NCBI GenBank assembly: GCA_963422615.1
Contig: OY730414.1
Location: 1,302,001 to 1,346,301, forward strand
Source of the DNA: Longimicrobiales bacterium
Lineage (GTDB): Bacteria > Gemmatimonadota > Gemmatimonadetes > Longimicrobiales > Gaopeijiaceae
Direction: 5' to 3'
DNA: 44,301 bases
The notes under the pieces are model-generated. The model had not been told where the DNA came from, searched no databases, and saw only the letters and a program-made list of their open reading frames with translations. Numbering within the stretch: the first letter of the stretch is position 1; the number at the start of each line of letters is the position of its first letter. Below are positions 29,841 through 37,884 of the stretch, piece by piece. The position numbers and the translations under genes were made by a program.

Positions 29841-31175
29841 TCAGCTGCTGATGTTCCCGTTTCCCTTGATCTCCACATCGGGTAACTGGAAGCACGTCAC
29901 GTCCCCATACTCTGCTCCGGTCTGATCTCGTCCATCGGGGTGAATTGAGCCGGGGTCTCCTAAGAACGGAATGTCGAAGCGCAACATGTCGTACAGGCGG
30001 TGTCCGCCCATTGCGAACAGTTGACGCCGACGCTCCTCCTTGACCAGATCCATGATCTGGCCGGCCCCGACCTCCGCCGTGACCAACGGAAGCCCGGCCG
30101 CCTCCCGAAGGCCGTTGATCTTTGCGAGCGCACCGTCAGAGTTGCCCTGCCGGGCCAAGGCTTCGGCTTCGTAGATCCGGGCCTCATGCCAGTGCACCAG
30201 CGGCAGCGGGTCACTCCTTGAGTTGTACTTGTCGTGATAGTACAAGATCGTGGCGAAATCGGCGGCCTGGGTGCCGTCGGTCTTGACGTTGGCCCGGATG
30301 TCCTTCACGCCGTTCCCTTGGGTGGGCAAGCCGTCGGCACCGATGGTCAGGTCGTGGAAGTGGTCGGCAACGGAACCGTGGGCTCGGAAGCCGGTCGGCG
30401 CGTTGAGGCGCTCAAAGTAGTAGTTGTAGCGGCGCGCTTCCGAAGCGTCTCGGGTGACGTTCACCCCGAAGCCGTCGGGGATCTGAGCCGCGTCCGCCAT
30501 TGCCCCGGCGTAGTCTCCGCTGGCCAAACGCACCCGCGCCCTTCCCAGCGTGCCCTGCAAGGTGAGCCGGTCTTCTCCCGCGGCCTGGGCCATGGAAATC
30601 GCCGACGTGAAGCGCTTTTCCGCCTCCGCCCGAACATCCGCCGGGCTGAGTTCAGGGCCCTGGTTGATGGCCATACGACAGAAGCCCTCCCCCATGGCGA
30701 CCAGGGGGAACGCGCCCCATGTGGCGACCGTCGCCTGCAAAGTCGCAAGGTTCGACACCTCGTCGGTCGAAAAGTCGGCAAGGCGCGCGCCGACATCCTC
30801 CGACTGGAAGCGAGCCGTATGGAGAGGCGTGTACATCGGGTACCCCCAATCGCCACAGGTGCCCTGGGAATACCCGGAGTCCGAGGAGGTAATCTTGCGC
30901 TGGCCCCAGTTTCTCATCGTGAGGTTCCCCGAAGTGGGGATGTATTCGTCCGAATGGTGGGCCGCACCGGCGACGTACTGGTTCCAGCTGCACTCGACTT
31001 CGGCGATGACCCCCGTTGCGAGAACATCGGCAAGGGCGGCGTCACTCAGGGCTTCTTCCAAGACCTTCCCCGGCACGTGAACATCCAGGATTTCGTCCAG
31101 ACTGCATCCACTGGAGAGCCCGGCAAGGGAAGCCAGGAACAGGGCCCTGCCCGTCATTTTTCTGGGTGCTGACAT
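29841..31175 (-). CDS. RagB/SusD family outer-membrane lipoprotein
   Basis: Lipobox LSSG|CSLD; helical repeats; EARIYEAEA, KINGLREAAGL, EERRRQLFAMGGHRLYDMLR, CFQLPDVE; directly downstream of the SusC gene. Start 31175 or 31184. Confidence 0.9.
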   Translation of the reverse strand: MSAPRKMTGRALFLASLAGLSSGCSLDEILDVHVPGKVLEEALSDAALADVLATGVIAEVECSWNQYVAGAAHHSDEYIPTSGNLTMRNWGQRKITSSDSGYSQGTCGDWGYPMYTPLHTARFQSEDVGARLADFSTDEVSNLATLQATVATWGAFPLVAMGEGFCRMAINQGPELSPADVRAEAEKRFTSAISMAQAAGEDRLTLQGTLGRARVRLASGDYAGAMADAAQIPDGFGVNVTRDASEARRYNYYFERLNAPTGFRAHGSVADHFHDLTIGADGLPTQGNGVKDIRANVKTDGTQAADFATILYYHDKYNSRSDPLPLVHWHEARIYEAEALARQGNSDGALAKINGLREAAGLPLVTAEVGAGQIMDLVKEERRRQLFAMGGHRLYDMLRFDIPFLGDPGSIHPDGRDQTGAEYGDVTCFQLPDVEIKGNGNISS

Positions 31176-31194
31176 TTCTCTCATCCCTTGGGGG

Positions 31195-34100
31195 TCAGAA
31201 GGTGAACCGGAGCGTCGACACGAACCGGGTGAGTTGCGGCCAGCCCTCTTGCACGTATCCGTTGAGTCCGAACTGCCCGGAACTCTGGCGCGCGCGTTCG
31301 ATGTCCATGATCGGGTGCCCGAACGAATCCGTGGACTTCTGCCAGATCGTCCACAGGTTGTCCACCGAGGTCGTGATCCCCACCCGGCTTGCCCGCATTC
31401 TGGCTGCCCATGACGCAGGAAACGTATACGACGCAGCCATCGTGCGAAGCTTGACGAAGTCGCCGTCCACGACACCGGACTGGGCCAGCCCTTCCCCTCC
31501 CAGGGCTTCATACCCAAGCAGGATCGGGTCCGTTCGCTCAAGGATCGCCTTGGAGTTGATAAAGAAACGGTGCTGCGCGCTGACATCTCCCAGGCTCAGG
31601 GTGTGACCGCCGACGTAGTCAACCAGGGCATAAACGGAAAGGTTCTGGCCGAAGCGCAGGTTGGCGTAAATGCCCCCCTCCACGGTGGGAATCGGTTGGC
31701 CCCAGTAGACTTCGGGAGCGTCCGCGCAAGGGACCGGCGGGCCTCCACCCCACGAGTAATTCGTATCGCCCACCTTACCGCCGCCTTCGCACATCAGGTT
31801 TGTGGCCACGTTGCGCCCACTGGAGGCGTCCAGGGTGGCGCTCACCACCCGCTTGTAGAACATGGAGGCCAGCGGAAATCCTTCCACGTGAAACTGCCGG
31901 TTCAAATTCGAGGAGCTCTGAATGATCGGGGGCTGGCCTCCCAGGGAAACAATCTCGTTCTCCAGCGTCGAGAATGTCGCGCCCAGATCGATGCCCACCC
32001 GACCCGACTGGAAGATCGTGCCGTCAATCCCGACTTCCACGCCCTGATTCTTGATCTGGCCGATATTGCGAAACTGGACTCCGGGGAAACCGACCGAAGG
32101 CACGACGGGTACCCGGACCAAGGCGTCGTTCGTGGTCTGGCTGTAGTACGTGAACTCCAGACCCACCAAGTCATTGGCCAGCCCGGCGTCGAAACCGACT
32201 TCGATTTCCGTGCCGACCTCGGGTTTAAGCTCCGGGTTGCCGATGTTTTCCGGAGTCAGCACAGAAGCCCCTTCCGGACCCACCGTAGGCTCATAGGTCT
32301 GGATCGCGTCAAAGACGTCCGGCTGTTTGCCGGCCTTCCCCCAGGCGGCCCGGAGTTTCAGGGGATTGAGGAAGCCAATGGCGTTTTGGAAGAATTCCTC
32401 GTCGCTGATGACATAGGAAGCCGAGAGCTTCGGGTACACGACGAAATCGAAGTCTTTACCGAAGGCGCTGTTGTCGTCGCCGCGCACCGCCGCAGTCACG
32501 AACACCCGGTCTTGCCAGGCGAACTGCTCCTGTACAAAGGCGCCGAAGGTCTTGTTTTCCAGGAAATCTTCTTCTGCACGCTTTTCGGAGCCGGACGAAA
32601 CGGTCTCCAGGGCTTCGACCGGGAAGGTTTCTCCGTGCGCTAGGGTGGACGCTTCCTGCCGCTGGTAGTACTGGATGCCGCCGGACGTCGTGAAGCTCAG
32701 ACCATCGCCGACCTCGAAATTTCCGTTCGCCTGATAATCCAGGGAGAAATAACTGGTTGCGAGATTGATGATCGTCTTTCGCCCCCATGGCGTGAACTGT
32801 CCGATGTTGCCGGTGGCCCGGTACAGTTCGGAATTCTTCACGCCGCTGAAGTCGCCGCCGACGATTCCCCGGTGGTTGAACCAGTTGTATGGCTGATGGT
32901 TGACTTCCAGGGAGAACGTAGTGCGGTCGACGTTCTGGAAGCCTTCGATCTCGTCCTCGTACGCCTCGGGCAGATATGCGATATACCCCCGGAACGGGCC
33001 GTCAATGCGGCTGGGGGCTTTCATATCCCCGGCTTCGCATCCCGGTGAAGGACACGCCCAGATGATGGCCGTCGGTAGGGCCTGCTGCGCCGAAGAGGAC
33101 TGCGTCTTGCTCCGAATCACACCCAGGCCAAAGGTCAGGTCCAGAGTTTCGTTCGGGGTGTAGGTCAGGTTAGCACGGCCGCTCATCCGGTTCTTCCAGT
33201 TGTAGACCACGGGTCCTTCGTCCCGGTCCCAGTCGGCGGAAACGAAGTACGTGATCTGCTGGGTTCCACCGGTCACATCGGCGCCGTACGACTGGGCGTG
33301 CCCGGTCCGGAACCACTCATTGCCGTATACGTCGCGATCGATCTTGAGGACGTTGAATGGCGTGACTTCCCCCGGGTTGCAGCGGAGCCGATCGTCGACC
33401 TCCACGGTCTGCGACACGCCGTTGCACATGTACCATGCTTCGGGGAACAAGTTGTACACGTCGGGATAGAAGTTCGCGCCCTGCTTTACCGTGACGTTGA
33501 TTCGGGGGGCGCCCGTCCGTCCCTTCTTGGTGATGATGTTGATGACGCCGTTGGAGGCTTCCGTCCCGTACAGGGTGGCCGCCGCGGGCCCCTTGATGAT
33601 CTCGATGTCCTCGATCTCGTCGGGATTGAAGTCCATGATCCGGGAAGGCTGGGAGTTTCCGCTGAAGCCGTAGGATCCGAACGCGCTATTGGACTCCTCC
33701 CCGTTCACCCGAATGCCGTCCACATAGACGAGGGGCTGCGCTCCCAGGGAAAGGCTGGCGATGCCGCGAATGCGGGTGGTACCGCCTGCCCCGATCTCTC
33801 CTCCGCTCATGGCAACCCGTACGCCGGGAACCGTGGCGCTGATCATCCGCTGAATGTCCATGGCGGGCGCCAGCTCCTCAAGGTCGGCGACGTTCACCTT
33901 TCCGATGGAGTTCCCGATGGCCCGGGCCTGCTGCGCCCCGACGACGCCCGTGACGACGATCTCATCCAGGGAAATGGCGGTCTCCTGGAGCTCAATGGTG
34001 ACGGGCCGACCGGGGGCGACGGGCGCCGTAGCCTCTCGGTACCCGATCATCACGACGCGGAGGGTGACCGGGCCTGACGGGGCGTTCAGGATGAGGAAGC

Positions 34101-34311
34101 GTCCCCGGTTGTCCGTGAGGGTACCCAGCTGGGTTCCTTCCACTCCGACTTGGGCGCCGGGCAGGGGCCGCAGGGTGGCGCCGTCCACCACGGTTCCCGT
34201 GACGGTGTTCTGGGCCGAGACGGGTGCGAAGGCCAGCGCAAGAGCGAGGAACCCGGCGGGAAGTCCGCGCCAGCCGGAAATGAGGGGGTTCGAATGAAGG
34301 TTGGGTCTCAT
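31195..34311 (-). CDS. SusC/RagA family TonB-dependent outer-membrane transporter
   Basis: Signal peptide; VTGTVVD...PLPGAQV N-terminal domain; LDEIVVTG; plug RIRG...PLVYVDG, IEDIEIIKGPAAATLYGTEASNGVINIITKKG; VRGDDNSAFG, LKLRAAWG, GNPELKPE; terminal Phe. ATG at 34311. Confidence 0.95.
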   Translation of the reverse strand: MRPNLHSNPLISGWRGLPAGFLALALAFAPVSAQNTVTGTVVDGATLRPLPGAQVGVEGTQLGTLTDNRGRFLILNAPSGPVTLRVVMIGYREATAPVAPGRPVTIELQETAISLDEIVVTGVVGAQQARAIGNSIGKVNVADLEELAPAMDIQRMISATVPGVRVAMSGGEIGAGGTTRIRGIASLSLGAQPLVYVDGIRVNGEESNSAFGSYGFSGNSQPSRIMDFNPDEIEDIEIIKGPAAATLYGTEASNGVINIITKKGRTGAPRINVTVKQGANFYPDVYNLFPEAWYMCNGVSQTVEVDDRLRCNPGEVTPFNVLKIDRDVYGNEWFRTGHAQSYGADVTGGTQQITYFVSADWDRDEGPVVYNWKNRMSGRANLTYTPNETLDLTFGLGVIRSKTQSSSAQQALPTAIIWACPSPGCEAGDMKAPSRIDGPFRGYIAYLPEAYEDEIEGFQNVDRTTFSLEVNHQPYNWFNHRGIVGGDFSGVKNSELYRATGNIGQFTPWGRKTIINLATSYFSLDYQANGNFEVGDGLSFTTSGGIQYYQRQEASTLAHGETFPVEALETVSSGSEKRAEEDFLENKTFGAFVQEQFAWQDRVFVTAAVRGDDNSAFGKDFDFVVYPKLSASYVISDEEFFQNAIGFLNPLKLRAAWGKAGKQPDVFDAIQTYEPTVGPEGASVLTPENIGNPELKPEVGTEIEVGFDAGLANDLVGLEFTYYSQTTNDALVRVPVVPSVGFPGVQFRNIGQIKNQGVEVGIDGTIFQSGRVGIDLGATFSTLENEIVSLGGQPPIIQSSSNLNRQFHVEGFPLASMFYKRVVSATLDASSGRNVATNLMCEGGGKVGDTNYSWGGGPPVPCADAPEVYWGQPIPTVEGGIYANLRFGQNLSVYALVDYVGGHTLSLGDVSAQHRFFINSKAILERTDPILLGYEALGGEGLAQSGVVDGDFVKLRTMAASYTFPASWAARMRASRVGITTSVDNLWTIWQKSTDSFGHPIMDIERARQSSGQFGLNGYVQEGWPQLTRFVSTLRFTF

Positions 34312-34391
34312 GGAAATTCCACTACTGAGATGTAAGGTGCACAGAACGAAGAGGGCCAAGGTAGGAAGCGATCCTCCGGGTACGCAAGTAG

Positions 34392-34427
34392 GTGTACCGG
34401 AACGTGTACAAAAGCGTGTACAAAAGA
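34392..34427. repeat. Three 12-bp-period direct repeats (GTGTACcggaac GTGTACaaaagc GTGTACaaaaga)
   Basis: GTGTAC at 34392, 34404 and 34416, between the divergent SusC and small-lipoprotein starts. Confidence 0.85.
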
Positions 34428-34448
34428 AGACAAGAGGAGATCTCCGCC

Positions 34449-34754
34449 ATGAAGAAATCCGTCCGGGCTGTAGCAATCCTCTTAGCAGTTCTCACAACGG
34501 CAGCCGTCGCCTGCGACAGTATGGGTCCGCCTGACAACGACTTGACAGATGCCGAACGCTTCTTGGAAGCCATTGCGGCCATCAACAACGGGGCCTCCGT
34601 AAACATCCTTGAGGAGCGGTACGGGATGAAAGTCAACTGGAAATTCACAGCCAGCTTCCCGATCGGGAACATGGCTGCTGGCGATCCTGCGGGCTTGAGA
34701 TTAAGTGGCAGAATGACGGAGTGGCAGAATGACGGGGAAGGGGTAGCGAGGTAG
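34449..34754 (+). CDS. Small hypothetical lipoprotein (possibly truncated)
   Basis: AGAGGAGA RBS; MKKSVRAVAILLAVLTTAAVA|CDS lipoprotein signal; 101 aa; lower GC than neighbours. Confidence 0.65.
   Translation: MKKSVRAVAILLAVLTTAAVACDSMGPPDNDLTDAERFLEAIAAINNGASVNILEERYGMKVNWKFTASFPIGNMAAGDPAGLRLSGRMTEWQNDGEGVAR
34704..34735 (+). repeat. Perfect 16-bp tandem duplication (AGTGGCAGAATGACGG x2)
   Basis: Read directly at 34704-34719 and 34720-34735. Confidence 0.95.
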
Positions 34755-34982
34755 CTTCGCTCCACATTCACTTCGATTAACAAACGGTTAGTCCCCCGCC
34801 GTTGGGCCCTGAGGGACCGGACCCGCGCAGGGGCCGCTGTGAGTCCGGAGTAATTGCGCTTGGAGTTGGCCTGCTGGGTGCGCCCGTCGCTAGTTTCGGA
34901 CGGACGCCCCGTGCGACGGAGCAGAGCGGGGTGCGAACCCATAAGCAGACCCACCTGAGCCCCAACGGTACAGGGAGACCCC

Positions 34983-37637
34983 ATGACGCACCGAATCATT
35001 TTCCCGAATCGCCGGAGGTCCGGCCTTCCCTCGTCGATCCCCCTGGCGGCCCTTGCGGTCTCCTCCGTCCTGGCTTTCGGGGCGACCGGCTATCCGGCAC
35101 TCGCCCAGAACGACGCCACTGTCCGAATCGAGGGCCCAGGCACCGCCAACTATCGCCTGGCCGCCCGCTTTGCTCCCTACAAGATCCGGGAACTGACCCA
35201 TTCCATCCGGGTCTCCCCCCGGTGGATCGAAGACTCGGACCGGTTCTGGTACGAATGGGAAACGTCCGAGGGGAAGCACTTCTATCTCGTGGACCCCTCG
35301 AGGGGCACCCGGACGGAGATTTTCGACAACGACCGGATCGCCGCCGAGCTGACCCGGATCACTCGGGATCCGTGGGACGGACGCCACTTGCCGATCCGCA
35401 ATATCCGCTTCATAGGCGAAGGCACGCTCCAGTTCGATGTGGAGTCGTCCCAGGACGAGGAGGTAGAAGCGGAGGCGGAGGAGCAGGACGAAGAGGAACA
35501 AGAGCAGGAAGAGGAGGAGCGGGGCCGCCGCCCCCGGACGAAGAAGAAGGTCCACCACTTCGAGTACGATGTCTCCACCCGGACCGTCCGTGAACTGGAA
35601 GACTACGAAGCCCCCGACAGCCACCCGGGCTGGGCCACCGTCTCTCCCGACACGACTTGGGTCGTCTTCAGCCGGGGCTTCAACCTCTGGATGATGAGCT
35701 ACGAGGAGTACGAGAAGATTCTGGACGCCAGGCGAGGAAAGTCCGGGGACGAAGCGGAAGAAGCGGAGGAAGACGTGGACGTGGAGGAGATTCAGCTCAC
35801 GACCGACGGCGAAAAGGACTTCAGCTACGGCTTCCAGGGGCGGGGTGACCACGACGAGGAGACGGAGAAGGAGTTCGGCAAGCGCCAGCGATCCGGTGCT
35901 ACCTGGTCCCACGACTCCCGCTACTTCGCGCTCACCCGCCAGGACCGCCGGGAAGTGGGAGAGCTCTGGGTCATTCACGCGGTGGGCAACAAGCGCCCCC
36001 AGCTGGAGAGCTACAAGTACGACATGCCCGGAGAGGAAAACGTCACCCAGACCAGCCTTTGGGTCTTCGACATGGAGTCCCGGGAAATCCGATCCCTTGA
36101 CGACGAACCCTGGAAGGACCAGCGGATGGGGATCTTCAGCGACCCGAGAAGGGGCGGGGGCGGGTTCTTCTTCTTCGGCAGAGGCGGTGGAGGCGGCTCG
36201 GACGAACCCCCGATCACCCAATGGCTATCGGACCAGTCCGACGAGCTCTACTTCTGGCGTCGCAGCCGGGACCAGCACCGGGTGGACGTGCTTCGGGCGG
36301 ACCCGGCCACCGGCGAAGTCGCGGTGGTGATCGAGGAGCGCCTGAACACCTACGTGGAGCACCAGTCACCCCGCCGCCTGGCCAACGGGGACTTGATCTG
36401 GTGGTCGGAGCAGGACGGATGGGCCCACCTGTACCGCTACGCGCCTGACGGCAACGTCCGAGCGAGGTTGACGGAGGGGCCCTGGCACGTGGACGCCCTC
36501 ATGGGGATCGACGAAGATCGGGGGTACGCGGTCTTCCGGGCCAATGGCCGGGAGGAAGGAGAGGACCCGTACTACATGCACCTGTATCGCGTGGGCCTGG
36601 ACGGGAACGGCCTGACGCTCCTGAATCCCGGCAACTACGACCACCAGAGCGTCGTGTCCCGGTCGGCCCGGTACTTCGTGGACAACTACTCCCGCGTGAA
36701 CACGGTGCCGGCAGTGGCCCTCCACGACGCCGGAGGGGAAAAAATCATGGACCTGGAAGAGGCCGACCTTTCCCAGCTCATGGGAGCCGGCTACGAGTTT
36801 CCGGAGCCGTACACTGTGAAGTCCGCCGACGGCGTGACCGACCTCCACGGCGTCATGTACCGGCCCTACGACTTCGACCCCGGGAAAGAATACCCTATCG
36901 TCGCCTACGTGTACCCGGGCCCCCAGACGGAGTCCGTGGCCAAGTCTTTCTCCCTCAACCCCTATGAACAGGGACTTGCCCAGTTCGGCTTCGTCGTCGT
37001 GACGGTGGGGAACCGGGGCGGCCACCCGGACCGGTCCAAGTGGTACCACAATTACGGGTACGGGAACCTCCGGGACTACGGACTCGCGGACAAGAAGGCC
37101 GCCATCGAGCAGCTCGCCGACCGGCACGCTTTCGTCGACCCGGACCGGGTGGGAATCTACGGCCACTCGGGAGGCGGGTTCATGTCGACGGCCGCCATGC
37201 TGGTCTACCCGGACTTCTTCAAGGTGGCCGTCTCCTCTTCGGGGAATCACAACAACGACGTTTACAACCTTAACTGGTCCGAAAAGCACGACGGCGTGAA
37301 AGAGGTGACCGATTCCGCGGGGGCGGTGACGGAGTTCGAGTACGACATCGACAAGAATTCCGACCTGGCAGCCAACCTGAAGGGGCGCCTGCTTCTCACC
37401 ACCGGAGACGTGGACAACAACGTCCACCATGCCGGGACGTTCCGGATGGCGGAAGCCCTCATTCGGGCCAACAAGCGCTTCGATTTCTTCGTGTTCCCGG
37501 GACAGCGCCACGGGTACGGCAACATGAGCGACTACTGGTACTGGCTCCGGGCTGAATACTTCGTGAAGCACCTGCTTGGGGACGACCGGTGGAGCCCGGA
37601 CATCATGGAGCTACAGGTGGAGCGACCCAAGGGGTAA
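34983..37637 (+). CDS. Secreted S9 family peptidase (DPP IV-like propeller plus alpha/beta hydrolase)
   Basis: Signal peptide ...PALA|Q; WSEQDGWAHLY; YVYPGPQ; catalytic GHSGGG, DVDNNVH, QRHGY. Confidence 0.93.
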   Translation: MTHRIIFPNRRRSGLPSSIPLAALAVSSVLAFGATGYPALAQNDATVRIEGPGTANYRLAARFAPYKIRELTHSIRVSPRWIEDSDRFWYEWETSEGKHFYLVDPSRGTRTEIFDNDRIAAELTRITRDPWDGRHLPIRNIRFIGEGTLQFDVESSQDEEVEAEAEEQDEEEQEQEEEERGRRPRTKKKVHHFEYDVSTRTVRELEDYEAPDSHPGWATVSPDTTWVVFSRGFNLWMMSYEEYEKILDARRGKSGDEAEEAEEDVDVEEIQLTTDGEKDFSYGFQGRGDHDEETEKEFGKRQRSGATWSHDSRYFALTRQDRREVGELWVIHAVGNKRPQLESYKYDMPGEENVTQTSLWVFDMESREIRSLDDEPWKDQRMGIFSDPRRGGGGFFFFGRGGGGGSDEPPITQWLSDQSDELYFWRRSRDQHRVDVLRADPATGEVAVVIEERLNTYVEHQSPRRLANGDLIWWSEQDGWAHLYRYAPDGNVRARLTEGPWHVDALMGIDEDRGYAVFRANGREEGEDPYYMHLYRVGLDGNGLTLLNPGNYDHQSVVSRSARYFVDNYSRVNTVPAVALHDAGGEKIMDLEEADLSQLMGAGYEFPEPYTVKSADGVTDLHGVMYRPYDFDPGKEYPIVAYVYPGPQTESVAKSFSLNPYEQGLAQFGFVVVTVGNRGGHPDRSKWYHNYGYGNLRDYGLADKKAAIEQLADRHAFVDPDRVGIYGHSGGGFMSTAAMLVYPDFFKVAVSSSGNHNNDVYNLNWSEKHDGVKEVTDSAGAVTEFEYDIDKNSDLAANLKGRLLLTTGDVDNNVHHAGTFRMAEALIRANKRFDFFVFPGQRHGYGNMSDYWYWLRAEYFVKHLLGDDRWSPDIMELQVERPKG

Positions 37638-37783
37638 AGGAGGAGGTCGCCCCCCCGTCGGCTACAAGCGAGTTGCCGCCGGGGCTTGGCTGCAATGGCG
37701 CCTGGATGGCCAACGCCAAATCACCCCTATGAGATCCTGGGCCTGGCCCCCCACGTTTCGCGCCGGCAGCCAAGTCTTCGCCG

Positions 37784-37796
37784 CCGTACGTTACGG
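37784..37796. promoter_or_regulatory. Second copy of the CCGTA-N3-TACGG palindrome, upstream of the second S9 peptidase
   Basis: CCGTACGTTACGG, 12/13 identical to CCGTACATTACGG at 27301-27313; intergenic, about 90 bp before ATG 37885. Confidence 0.35.
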
Positions 37797-37884
37797 GACC
37801 CTTGCGACCGATCCCAGATGCGGCAACCTCCCAAGCGATCGCGATGTGGTAATCCCAAACTCCGGAATCCCTGAGGTGAACCGA

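Noticed and set aside
31185..31586. N-terminal extension of the 581-aa SusD ORF
   Set aside because: Overlaps the SusC 3' end; the lipoprotein signal starts at 31175-31184.
34381..34400. Sigma-54 promoter for susC (minus strand GGTACACCTACTTGC)
   Set aside because: GG to GC spacing is 11 nt, not 10.
34392..34735. Tandem repeats as a CRISPR array
   Set aside because: Units of 12 and 16 bp with no spacers and no cas genes.
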